64,000 bases of DNA from Kiritimatiellia bacterium (GTDB lineage: Bacteria > Verrucomicrobiota > Kiritimatiellia > RFP12 > UBA1067): assembly GCA_050949565.1 (NCBI GenBank), contig JBMNFY010000017.1, forward strand, positions 1,312,001-1,376,000, read 5' to 3'. Of this stretch, positions 47,870-56,861 are shown piece by piece (the stretch's first letter is position 1; each line of letters starts with the position of its first letter). A program made the position numbers and the translations under genes. The notes below the pieces were generated by a model. That model was not told the DNA's origin, ran no database searches, and saw nothing but the letters and a program-made list of their open reading frames with translations.

Positions 47870-48673
47870 CTACGCCTTGCTCAGCTCGCGGCTGCGCGCG
47901 GCGGCCGCCGCCAGCGTCTGATCGATGACCGTGCTCACGTCCGAAGCTTCCAGCACCGCCAGGCCCGCTGCAGTCGTGCCCTTCGGCGAGGCAACCGCCT
48001 GAATGAACTCGCCGATGTCATCTCCCGTGGTCTGCAGATGGACGGCGGTGCCAATCAGCGTCTGCTCCGCCAACAGGCGCGCGTCCTCCTCCGGCAGACC
48101 AAGCGCCACCGCCGCCTTGATCATCGCCTGCAGCACGTACGCCACAAACGCCGGTCCTGAGCCGCTCAACGCAGTGACGGCGTCAAAGTTTTGCTCCGGC
48201 AGTTCCAGTACGGCGCCTGCCGCACCGAAAAGCTCCATCGCGGCATCCTTGTCGTCTTCCGTGACGTTCTCAGCCGCGCAAAAGACACTCATGCCCTCAC
48301 CTACGCTCAGCGCGAGATTGGGCATCACACGCACCAGACGCGGCTTGGTTCCAATGACCCCTTGCAGCGCTGCGAGCGTCTTGCCCGCCGCGATCGAAAT
48401 CACCAGATGCTCCTCGTTCAATTGATCTTTGACTCCAGCCAGCAGCGCATCAACATCCTGCGGCTTTACCGCGACCACCAACACATCGCACTCTTCAACG
48501 ACCTCCGCCGCATCGTCCGTGACCGCCACCTCATACTGCTCGGCCATCCAGTCGCGCCGCTCCTTCGAGATATCGCAAACGATAATCTCCCACGGCTCGC
48601 ACAGTTCATCCAGCACCAGCGAAGACAAAAGCGCCTCCGCCATCTTGCCCGCACCCAGAAATCCGATTGCCAT
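47870..48673 (-). CDS. proC: Pyrroline-5-carboxylate reductase
   Basis: IGFLGAGKM, AVKPQ, RVMPN, ALSGSGPAF, SPKGTT. Confidence 0.96.
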   Translation of the reverse strand: MAIGFLGAGKMAEALLSSLVLDELCEPWEIIVCDISKERRDWMAEQYEVAVTDDAAEVVEECDVLVVAVKPQDVDALLAGVKDQLNEEHLVISIAAGKTLAALQGVIGTKPRLVRVMPNLALSVGEGMSVFCAAENVTEDDKDAAMELFGAAGAVLELPEQNFDAVTALSGSGPAFVAYVLQAMIKAAVALGLPEEDARLLAEQTLIGTAVHLQTTGDDIGEFIQAVASPKGTTAAGLAVLEASDVSTVIDQTLAAAAARSRELSKA

Positions 48674-48704
48674 TGCTTACTCCTCTCGTTACCGTTTCTC
48701 TTGT

Positions 48705-48805
48705 GAGACCCTTGCAAAATCCCTTACTTGCAGGAGTGGCACGGGCATCTTGCCCGTGTTTCATGGGCGAGACGCCCATGCCACGAGGGGCTTGCAAGAA
48801 CCTCT
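48705..48805. repeat. REP doublet inside TTGCAA-containing inverted ends (copy B)
   Basis: GTGGCACGGGCATCTTGCCCGTG (48736-48758) and CATGGGCGAGACGCCCATGCCAC (48762-48784). Confidence 0.85.
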
Positions 48806-48816
48806 TTGTTTTTCTC

Positions 48817-49329
48817 TCACGCATAACCGTGACGACGCAACTCCGCACGCAGTTCAAGCTGGAAGGCCCGCATGTCGGCAGGTGCTGGTTGGTAACCCGG
48901 CGTTTCCGGATCCAGACCGAAGCGCCCATACTGGTCAATCAGCCAACTCGCCTTTGCGCCGTCCGAAAAGGTCACGGTGCCGCTTATCACCGCGCCGGGA
49001 CGCATCACGCGATCCAACGACAGCGACACCTTTGCCGCCTGCTCACCATCGGGCGTCGTTTCGTCGTTGAACGACTCATCGGCGTAGGGATCGTCAGCAT
49101 AAGGATCATCGTCATCCATCGACGGCGGCGGTGGTGGTTTCGGTTTGGCCTCTTCCGGATCGGGCTTGTCCTTCACGGCGGCACCGATCTCCAACACCAG
49201 CAGGCGGACATCCATATAAGTCAGGGCGATCCCGAACTCGCTTTTCAGGTTCCCCTGGACATCGGCGAGCGAGGCCCCTGCGGCCAGCCATTCTTTCACG
49301 CTCTGACGCTGTTGTTCAGTTAACTCCAT
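48817..49329 (-). CDS. Hypothetical protein with acidic linker
   Basis: AGGAG RBS; N-terminal helical domain, Pro/Asp linker, SGTVTFSDG...WLIDQYGR domain. Confidence 0.8.
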   Translation of the reverse strand: MELTEQQRQSVKEWLAAGASLADVQGNLKSEFGIALTYMDVRLLVLEIGAAVKDKPDPEEAKPKPPPPPSMDDDDPYADDPYADESFNDETTPDGEQAAKVSLSLDRVMRPGAVISGTVTFSDGAKASWLIDQYGRFGLDPETPGYQPAPADMRAFQLELRAELRRHGYA

Positions 49330-49536
49330 CGTTCAAAATCTCCTATCTAAGATAAACGCACATCGGCGTGCGATCCAACGCAGTCGAATCCACGCCCGAG
49401 GGAAAGGCCGGGAGTTGCGACATCCCGAACCGGCAACTACCCCGCCCCCAAAATTACTCGAAATGATAACACTAAAGGTCACGATGGTGGAAGCCGTTTC
49501 TAGCTTCTCTGCGTGGGCGCGTTCTTGCTTACGAAT

Positions 49537-49650
49537 GTGGCACGGGCATCTTGCCCACTTATTACCTATTACCTCTTACCTATTACCTATTACCTATTAC
49601 ATCTTACTTACTACTTCCGTCTTGCCGCTATTTCGTTATTCACTGTTCAC
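49537..49650. repeat. Half REP followed by TTACCTA 7-mer tandem repeats
   Basis: GTGGCACGGGCATCTTGCCC, then about seven TTACC(T)A-type units. Confidence 0.8.
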
Positions 49651-49679
49651 CCCCTCAGGTTTTTTGCTAAAGTTTGGGC

Positions 49680-50525
49680 ATGTTCGCTGTGCTTCCAACT
49701 TCTTTCCGGGCGGCATCCGGGGTGGCGGTGTGCGCGTTGACGGCCTGCGTGTCGTTCGCGTCGCTGACGCAAGCCGACGACAGCCCTTACCGGCTGCCGC
49801 CTTTTGAGCATTATCAGCCGATCTTGGATCGCATGCCCTTCGGTGCGATGCCTGCGGTCGCGCCTCCGGTGTCGCCGGAGCAGGCGGCCGCTGCCGTCAC
49901 TGAGGCCGAAGCCGCTGCCGAACAGCAAGCCCTCGCCAAGCAGGTCACGGTGTCCGCCGTGAATATCACACCCAAAGGACACACCACCGTCGGCTTCACT
50001 GACCGCTCGGTGAACCCGCCCTCCAATTACTACCTGCGCGTCGGCGAGAGTGCAGACGGATGGACGGTGAAGGACGCCGATTTCGACGACGAGATCGCGA
50101 CGCTCGAAAAAGACGGCGTGGCCATCACCCTCAAATTAGGCGAGGGCCTTGTCGAAACTCCCGCCGCATCCTCTCAGCCTGCCGCTCCTGCCGCTGGCGC
50201 ACCCTCCGCGACCGTTACTGCTGCTCCCGCCACCGCCGCGCCTGCCCCCGCGCCCACCGCAACTGCCGCCCGGCACCCGCCGGGCCTTCTCTCCGCGTCC
50301 CGTAGACAGCTCTTGACCGCCAATGCTTCGGAGCCCTCTTTCGCCGATCGGCTACGTGAACGTACCGTACAGAAAACTCAGGCCCAAAAGGAGACCGAGG
50401 CGCGGATGCGTGAACAGTTCGAACGTCTCGCCCGTGAAACCGCCGCCCGTGAAATCCAGCGCCGCCAAGAGGAGGAAGCTCTCGCTGCTGAGGAGAACGC
50501 GTTGCTGGAACAACAGGTACAATAA
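49680..50525 (+). CDS. Hypothetical exported protein (possibly GspC/PilP-like beta domain)
   Basis: Signal-like N-terminus, YQPILDRMPFG, YYLRVGESADGWTV, Ala/Pro linker, C-terminal coiled coil. Confidence 0.65.
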   Translation: MFAVLPTSFRAASGVAVCALTACVSFASLTQADDSPYRLPPFEHYQPILDRMPFGAMPAVAPPVSPEQAAAAVTEAEAAAEQQALAKQVTVSAVNITPKGHTTVGFTDRSVNPPSNYYLRVGESADGWTVKDADFDDEIATLEKDGVAITLKLGEGLVETPAASSQPAAPAAGAPSATVTAAPATAAPAPAPTATAARHPPGLLSASRRQLLTANASEPSFADRLRERTVQKTQAQKETEARMREQFERLARETAAREIQRRQEEEALAAEENALLEQQVQ

Positions 50526-50543
50526 TGTCCTTGGAGAGCGTCT

Positions 50544-51230
50544 GTGCATACGCGCACCGAACAGTTGCTGGGGAGTGACGCCGTCAAGCGCCTTGGCGTC
50601 AGCCGTGTCGCGCTTTTCGGTCTCGGTGGCGTCGGCTCCTTCACCGCCGAAGCGCTGGCGCGCGCCGGTATCGGCCACCTCATGCTGGTGGATGGCGATG
50701 TCGTCGCACCCGCCAATCTCAACCGCCAGCTTATCGCGCTGCACAGCACGCTGGGCCGCCCCAAGACCGAAGTCATGGCGGCGCGCATCCACGACATCTC
50801 GCCCGCGATCCAAGTTGATGCGCGTCACACTTTCTATCTACCGGAAAACGCCGACGCCTTTGACCTCGCTGACTTTGACTATGTGATCGATGCCGTCGAT
50901 ACCGTCGCGGCCAAAGTTGAACTCGCAGTCCGCGCACACGCCGCCGGCGTCCCGCTCGTAAGCTGCATGGGGGCCGGCAACAAACTCGACCCCACACGCT
51001 TTGAGGTGGCCGATCTCTTCGCGACCTCCGTCTGCCCGCTCTGCAAGGCGATGCGCAAGGCGTTGAAAGCGCGCGGCGTCGACGCGCTCACCGTGGTCTA
51101 CTCGCGTGAAACACCCGCAACCACCTGCCATCCGCCGGGCAGTGTTTCGTTTGTACCGTCCGTCGCCGGCTTGATTTTGGCCGGCGTCGTCATCCGCGCC
51201 CTCGCCGGGCGTGACCAACCCCAAGCCTGA
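50544..51230 (+). CDS. tcdA: tRNA threonylcarbamoyladenosine dehydratase (ThiF family)
   Basis: FGLGGVGS, NLNRQ, DAVD, MGAGNKLDP, VVYSRE, SFVPSVAG. Confidence 0.9.
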   Translation: MHTRTEQLLGSDAVKRLGVSRVALFGLGGVGSFTAEALARAGIGHLMLVDGDVVAPANLNRQLIALHSTLGRPKTEVMAARIHDISPAIQVDARHTFYLPENADAFDLADFDYVIDAVDTVAAKVELAVRAHAAGVPLVSCMGAGNKLDPTRFEVADLFATSVCPLCKAMRKALKARGVDALTVVYSRETPATTCHPPGSVSFVPSVAGLILAGVVIRALAGRDQPQA

Positions 51231-51251
51231 ATGCAAGGAAACTGATACCGT

Positions 51252-52961
51252 ATGCTGCGCACACGTACCGCTTGGTTGTTGTTTGGACTGCTGACCGCCG
51301 TGTTCGGCCTGCTACTGATCTGGCCGGTGCTCACGGTGGTCGGCGGCGGATTTTGGGTCAACGGCCGCTTCACGGTGCGTTATCTGGCGGGTGTCTTCCG
51401 CAACCCGATCTACGCTGAGGGACTGGCCAACAGCTTGCGCCTAGCAGTAAGTGCGACGGGCCTCGCGGCGCTGCTGGCCATTCCGCTAGCGTGGCTCGCG
51501 CACGTCTACACCTTTCGCGGTCAGCGTACACTCACCGCACTGCTGCTGGTGCCGATGGTGCTGCCGCCCTTCGTAGGTGCGATCGGCGTGATGCAGATGC
51601 TCGGGCCTTACGGTTCTCTGAATGCGCTGCTCGGCTGCGGACCGATCGACTGGCTCGGTCGCGCGCGCATGGCGGGCGTCGTGCTCTTACAGGCGCTTGC
51701 CTTTTATCCGATCATCTACCTGAATGTCGCGGCGGCGCTGGCCAACATCGACCCGGCGCTCGACGAGGCCGCGCAGAATCTCGGCGCGGGTGCTTGGACG
51801 CGCTTCCGCCGCATCACCCTGCCACTGGTGATGCCGGGCCTCTTCGCCGGTTGCACGCTGGTCTTCATCGCGGCCTTCACCGAACTGGGCACACCGCTGA
51901 TCCTCAACTACTCGCGCTGCGCAGCGGTGCAGGTCTACGACGAACTTAAAGAGATCAGCGCCAGCCCCTTCCCCTACGCGCTGGTGACGGTGGTGCTCAC
52001 GGCGAGTGTCACGCTCTACGCCGTCACACGTCTGCTTTTCGGCGGACGCGCCTACGCCATGCAAGCCAAAGCTGTGATTCCCCACGCGCCGCGTCCGCTA
52101 CGCGGCGGTGCTGCTCTACTGGCCGCGCTGCCGTTCGTGGCTGTCATCCTGTTGGCGTTGATGCCGCACATCGGCGTGGTGCTGACGAGTATCTCGGTGC
52201 CCGGCACCTGGTACCGCACGGTGTTGCCTGGCGCGTTCACCACCGCCCATTACGCTGCGGCACTGGGTCATGACATGACCCTCAGTGCGATCCGCAACAG
52301 CTTGCTCTTCTCCTCGCTCGCTGTCGCCGTCAATCTCACGCTCGGCATCGCCGTGGCATGGGTCGTGACGCGCTCGCGCTTGCGTGTGCGCCATGCGCTC
52401 GACGCAATGGCGATGATCCCGCTCGCCGTACCGGGTTTGGTGATGGCCTTCGGCTTTCTCGCGGTCAGTGCGTCGCTCGCTGAACACCCCGCCATCAAGG
52501 CGCATCCCGCCCTCGCCACACTGCTCGACGTGCGCGAAAATCCGACACTCTTCCTCGTGCTGGCCTATGCCGTGCGCCGTCTGCCATTCATGGTGCGCGC
52601 CGCTGTATCGGGCTTGCAGCAAACCTCCGTCACGCTGGAGGAAGCCGCCGCCAATCTCGGCGCACCGCCGGTCACCACGTTGCGCCGCGTGACATTACCG
52701 CTGATTACCGCCAACTTGATCGCTGGTGCGTTACTGGCCTTCGCCTTCAGCATGCTGGAGGTTTCAGACAGCTTGATGCTGGCGCAGAAAAAGGCCTTCT
52801 ACCCAATCACCAAGACCATCTTCGAACTCTTCCAGCTCGTGGGGGTCGGACGCTATCTCGCGTCGGCACTCGGTGTCTGGGCGATGCTCTTCCTGACCGT
52901 CACGCTTATCGGCAGCAGTCTGCTGCTGGGCAAAAAGCTGGGCGCTCTATTCCGCGCTTAG
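51252..52961 (+). CDS. Fe3+/thiamine-type ABC transporter permease (FbpB-like)
   Basis: Two EAA motifs (DEAAQNLGA, EEAAANLGA), PPFVGA, about 12 transmembrane helices. Confidence 0.88.
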   Translation: MLRTRTAWLLFGLLTAVFGLLLIWPVLTVVGGGFWVNGRFTVRYLAGVFRNPIYAEGLANSLRLAVSATGLAALLAIPLAWLAHVYTFRGQRTLTALLLVPMVLPPFVGAIGVMQMLGPYGSLNALLGCGPIDWLGRARMAGVVLLQALAFYPIIYLNVAAALANIDPALDEAAQNLGAGAWTRFRRITLPLVMPGLFAGCTLVFIAAFTELGTPLILNYSRCAAVQVYDELKEISASPFPYALVTVVLTASVTLYAVTRLLFGGRAYAMQAKAVIPHAPRPLRGGAALLAALPFVAVILLALMPHIGVVLTSISVPGTWYRTVLPGAFTTAHYAAALGHDMTLSAIRNSLLFSSLAVAVNLTLGIAVAWVVTRSRLRVRHALDAMAMIPLAVPGLVMAFGFLAVSASLAEHPAIKAHPALATLLDVRENPTLFLVLAYAVRRLPFMVRAAVSGLQQTSVTLEEAAANLGAPPVTTLRRVTLPLITANLIAGALLAFAFSMLEVSDSLMLAQKKAFYPITKTIFELFQLVGVGRYLASALGVWAMLFLTVTLIGSSLLLGKKLGALFRA

Positions 52962-53820
52962 TGAGATCGCCAAAGGTATCGATGCGGCGGTCGCGGAAAA
53001 AGGGCCACATGCGGCGCACTGTCTCAGAGCGCGCGAGGTCGATTTCCACCACCAGCGCGGCCTCCTTATCGGTGGGTGCCTCCAAGAGCATCTCGCCCTG
53101 CGGTCCGGCAACGAAACTGCTGCCCCAGAACTGGATACCGCCCGTCACGCCGGATGGATCGGGCTCGAAACCGGTGCGGTTGACGCTCACGACCGGCAGA
53201 CCATTGGCGATGGCATGCGCACGCTGCACGGTGATCCAAGCATCGCGCTGACGCGCTTTTTCAGGCGCACTGTCGCTGCTCTCCCAGCCGATCGCGGTGG
53301 GATAGATGAGCAGTTCCGCGCCGGCCAGCGCCATCAGACGCGCGGCCTCGGGATACCACTGATCCCAGCAGACCAGCACCCCAAGCCGACCGACCGAAGT
53401 GTCGATCGGCGCGAAGCCCAGATCGCCGGGCGTGAAGTAGAACTTCTCGTAGTAGGCAGGGTCGTCGGGAATGTGCATCTTGCGGTACTTGCCCGCCATC
53501 GAGCCATCGCGCTCCAGCACCACGGCGGTATTGTGATAGAGCCCCGCCATACGGCGCTCAAAGAGCGAGAGCACCAGCACCACGCCCAGCTCACGCGCCA
53601 ACGCGCCGAAGGTCTCCGTGCTCGGCCCGGGGATGGGCTCAGCCAGATCGAAGAGCGCGGGATCTTCGGTTTGGCAGAAATAGAGGCTGTTGTGCAACTC
53701 CTGTAACACAATCAACTCCGCGCCCTGCCGTGCGCAATCGCGGATCATCTCCGCATGCCCTGCGATGTTGGCATCCCTGTCCGGTCCGCAACTTCTCTGT
53801 ACAATTCCAAGTTTCATCAT
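52906..53820 (-). CDS. aguB: N-carbamoylputrescine amidase (carbon-nitrogen hydrolase)
   Basis: LQELH, YRKMHIPDDP.YYEKFYF, VCWDQWYPE, YPTAIGW, FFRDRR. Confidence 0.88.
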   Translation of the reverse strand: MMKLGIVQRSCGPDRDANIAGHAEMIRDCARQGAELIVLQELHNSLYFCQTEDPALFDLAEPIPGPSTETFGALARELGVVLVLSLFERRMAGLYHNTAVVLERDGSMAGKYRKMHIPDDPAYYEKFYFTPGDLGFAPIDTSVGRLGVLVCWDQWYPEAARLMALAGAELLIYPTAIGWESSDSAPEKARQRDAWITVQRAHAIANGLPVVSVNRTGFEPDPSGVTGGIQFWGSSFVAGPQGEMLLEAPTDKEAALVVEIDLARSETVRRMWPFFRDRRIDTFGDLTKRGIERPAFCPAADCCR

Positions 53821-53874
53821 TCCCATCCAATCAAGATTTCGATGCGCCCATAATCTCGTTTTGTGGGCGGCGTT

Positions 53875-53989
53875 TACGCCGCTACTACCGCCACTGCCGC
53901 CACTGCCGATCCTACCGGTACTACCCGCAGTCTCGGCAGTACCGGTAGCCCCCAAAAACTCTGCGTCTCTGCGTCTCTGCGTTAAATAA
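53875..53989. repeat. 9-mer hairpin module plus CTCTGCGT x3 arm
   Basis: CTACCG/CTGCCG units, then GCCCCCAAAAACTCTGCGTCTCTGCGTCTCTGCGTTAAA. Confidence 0.85.
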
Positions 53990-53996
53990 ACCCGGC

Positions 53997-55616
53997 CTAC
54001 TTTTCCGCTTTTTCTGCAGCGGCGAGCTTACGCGCAACCGCAGCGAGGTGCAGGAATTCCGCGCGTCTGCCATCCGGATCATCGCCCACATTTGCTTGGG
54101 CGCGTTTGATGGCAGCGGCGTAGTCCGCATTGCCCTTGTTCGGCGAATCGCGCAGGAGCAGAGCGACTTCAGCAACAGCCGACGCCCAGCCCCAGTTCTC
54201 CGTCGCCTCCGGCTGTGCCGGCAGGACGAACTCCAGCAGCTTGCTGCCCGCATCGCCCTCCGGCTCCTGATAGCGGAGCTTGAACGTGAGAATGTCGTTG
54301 GACTGCGCCGTACCCGCCTGCGCAACGGGAGACTGGTATTTGAGCGCGTCCACGTCGCCGACCGCCTCTTTCTTTACGGCCTCCGGCGCGTCGGCCATCA
54401 CCATCTCGTAGAGCACGGTGATCTGGTGCCCCACGCCGACCTCTCCGGAGTCCTTCGTGTCGTCGTTGAAGTCGCGATCTTCCAGTTTGCGGAACTCATA
54501 GCCCACAAGACGGTAAGCAAAGACACGGGCCGGGTTGAACTCGACCTGGAACTTGACATCGCGCGCCAGCGTGAACATCCTGCCGCTCATCTCGTTGACC
54601 AGCGCATGACGCGCCTCCCGCAAGGAGTCGATGTAGATGTAGTTGCCGTTACCCTTGTTGGCCAGCATCTTCATCTTGTTGTCTTTATAGTTGCCAAAGC
54701 CCATGCCAATGACTGTGAGATAGACCCCCGTCTCCCGCTTTTTCTCGATCAGCGAGATCAACTCCGATTCGCTGCTGACGCCAACATTGAAGTCGCCATC
54801 GGTCACAAGCACGACACGGTTGTTGCCGCCCTTGATGAAGTTCTTTGCCGCCAGATCGTAGGCCGTTTTGATGCCGGCCGCCCCCGGAGTGTGCCCTCCG
54901 GCAGTCAGTCCCTCAATGGCGGATTGAATCTTCTTGCCATCGTCTCCGGTGGCCGATTTGATCAACACCTTGGCGCCGCCGCCGTAGGTGACGATGCCGA
55001 TATTGTCCTGCGGCCGCAACTGTTTGGCGAGCATGGTCATCGACTCACGCAGCAGCGGCATCGCGTCCGTCATTGAGCCGGAATTGTCGATGAGAAACAC
55101 AAAGCTCGACGGCGGCAAGTTCGCCAGTTCCGTGCTTTTCGCCTGAATGCCGACGAGCAGGAGTTGGCGCTGCGCATTCCACGGACATGTGCCCATCTCG
55201 AACGTGGTAGCGAACTTCCCGTCTTTGGGCGGTTGCGGATAAGCGTACTCGAAATAGTTCAGGAACTCCTCCACGCGCACGGCATCTTTGGGCGGCAGAC
55301 GATTTTCATCCCTCAGCATCCGGCGCATGTTCGTATAGCCTGCGGTATCGACATCCGCCCCGAACGTGGAGAGCGGCGCATCCTTCACCAACTTCAGCCG
55401 GTTTTCATCGTAGTTCTTATACTCCTCCGTGTTGAAGTCCATGCCTTCCATGTACTCGCGCTCATAAGCCTCACTAACACAGGCTGCGTACTTCTTGTCA
55501 TACCCTGTTGGCGCATCGGTGGCATGCCATCGAGGGGAGCAGGACGTGTCGCACGATGCAAGGAACATCGCCGCGATTACGGTAAAGAGACAAGTAAAAA
55601 CGTTATTTTTGTTCAT
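53997..55616 (-). CDS. vWA-domain lipoprotein (YfbK-like)
   Basis: LASC lipobox, STFGADVDTAGY, RVEEFLNYF, DNSGSM (MIDAS), TDGDFNVG, DFNDDTKDSGE; GGAGGAGG RBS. Confidence 0.92.
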   Translation of the reverse strand: MNKNNVFTCLFTVIAAMFLASCDTSCSPRWHATDAPTGYDKKYAACVSEAYEREYMEGMDFNTEEYKNYDENRLKLVKDAPLSTFGADVDTAGYTNMRRMLRDENRLPPKDAVRVEEFLNYFEYAYPQPPKDGKFATTFEMGTCPWNAQRQLLLVGIQAKSTELANLPPSSFVFLIDNSGSMTDAMPLLRESMTMLAKQLRPQDNIGIVTYGGGAKVLIKSATGDDGKKIQSAIEGLTAGGHTPGAAGIKTAYDLAAKNFIKGGNNRVVLVTDGDFNVGVSSESELISLIEKKRETGVYLTVIGMGFGNYKDNKMKMLANKGNGNYIYIDSLREARHALVNEMSGRMFTLARDVKFQVEFNPARVFAYRLVGYEFRKLEDRDFNDDTKDSGEVGVGHQITVLYEMVMADAPEAVKKEAVGDVDALKYQSPVAQAGTAQSNDILTFKLRYQEPEGDAGSKLLEFVLPAQPEATENWGWASAVAEVALLLRDSPNKGNADYAAAIKRAQANVGDDPDGRRAEFLHLAAVARKLAAAEKAEK

Positions 55617-55750
55617 GATATTCTCCTCCTCCATCTTGCGCCCGAGGAAGCAGCACCCCGCTACAACCCACTCGCAAACCACACCACATCATGCTTCGCG
55701 TCGGTTGAAAATGCAAGCCTCGACTACAATTTTTTGATAACCGCAGTTTA

Positions 55751-55803
55751 ATTAACGCAGAGGCGCAGAGGCGCAGAGTTTTTTTTGGGGGCATTGCTCG
55801 GCT
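55751..55803. repeat. CGCAGAGG x3 arm plus junction motif, inverted relative to 53948-53986
   Basis: TTAACGCAGAGGCGCAGAGGCGCAGAGTTTTTTTTGGGGGCATTGCTCGGCT. Confidence 0.85.
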
Positions 55804-56861
55804 TTTTGGACTTTTAAGAAGCCTGAAGGAATATGCATGGTGACGCAATGAAGCGAGCCGTGCTGGCGGATGAGCGGGCGGCAGTCGATGCCGACGATCT
55901 CGCGTCCGGGAAACGCCCCGTCCAGACGCTCAAGAGCCAGCACGTCTTTCGGCGACGCGTATGTCGGCACGAGAACAGCGCCATTGAGGATCAGAAAGTT
56001 GGCGTAGGTCGCCGGCAGGCGATGGCCGTCCTCGGGATCGTGGACGGGATCGGCCATGGGCAGCGAGATCAGCGTGTAGGGATGACCGTCAACAGTGCGG
56101 AAGGCGCGCAGCTCTTCCTCCATACGCCGCAACGCATCGTCATGTTCGTCCGTCGGATCGTCGCTCTGTACGTAGGCGATCGTACGGGCGTCGCAGAGGC
56201 GCGCCAGCGTGTCGATATGGCTGTCGGTATCGTCGCCGGCCAGATAGCCGTGACGCAACCAGAGGATGCGGTCGAGACCGAACGCCTCCTTGAAGAACGT
56301 CTCAAGCTCCGCCTTTGAATAGTGGTCGTTGCGGTTGGCCGACAGCAGACAGGTCGCAGTAGTGAGCAGCGTGCCTTGTCCATCCGACTCGATGGCGCCG
56401 CCCTCGAGCACGCGATGCAACTGGTTGCGGTAGGCGACTTGCGGTTGGAAGAAACCGCGACGGTACAACTCGCGCGTGATGAGATTGTCGTGGGCGGCCG
56501 CGAACTTCATGCCCCAGCCATTGAAGGTGAAGTCAAGCAGACAGGGACACCCGTCCTCGAACACACTGATGGGGCCGTGGTCGCGCGCCCACGTATCATC
56601 CGTCTCCAGTTCGCAGATCAAAAGTTCGGCATAGAGGTCAGGCAGCGCACGGCGAACCTCCGCCGCATCGCGGCAGACAATCAGACAGCGTTCACGCTTA
56701 ACGATCTCGCGCACAATCGCGGCAAAGCAAGCAACCGCCGTATCAAGCATCGGCGCCCAGTCCGTGCCCGCATGCGGCCATGTGAGCATCACGCCATCCT
56801 GCGGCTCCCATTCAGCCGGCAGGCGGATACGTGGTGAGGCGGCTTCAGTGGTTGGTTTCAT
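55752..56861 (-). CDS. aguA: Agmatine deiminase
   Basis: PAEWEPQ, WARDHGP, FNGWG, LEGGAIESDG, DDTDSHID, ATYANF, GSLHCVT. Confidence 0.92.
   Translation of the reverse strand: MKPTTEAASPRIRLPAEWEPQDGVMLTWPHAGTDWAPMLDTAVACFAAIVREIVKRERCLIVCRDAAEVRRALPDLYAELLICELETDDTWARDHGPISVFEDGCPCLLDFTFNGWGMKFAAAHDNLITRELYRRGFFQPQVAYRNQLHRVLEGGAIESDGQGTLLTTATCLLSANRNDHYSKAELETFFKEAFGLDRILWLRHGYLAGDDTDSHIDTLARLCDARTIAYVQSDDPTDEHDDALRRMEEELRAFRTVDGHPYTLISLPMADPVHDPEDGHRLPATYANFLILNGAVLVPTYASPKDVLALERLDGAFPGREIVGIDCRPLIRQHGSLHCVTMHIPSGFLKVQKAEQCPQKKLCASAPLR

Noticed and set aside
49340-49445. Possible riboswitch upstream of the 48817-49329 gene (GAGTTGC...GCAACTAC hairpin)
   Set aside because: No match to a riboswitch consensus that I can recognise; an Rfam/Infernal scan would be needed.
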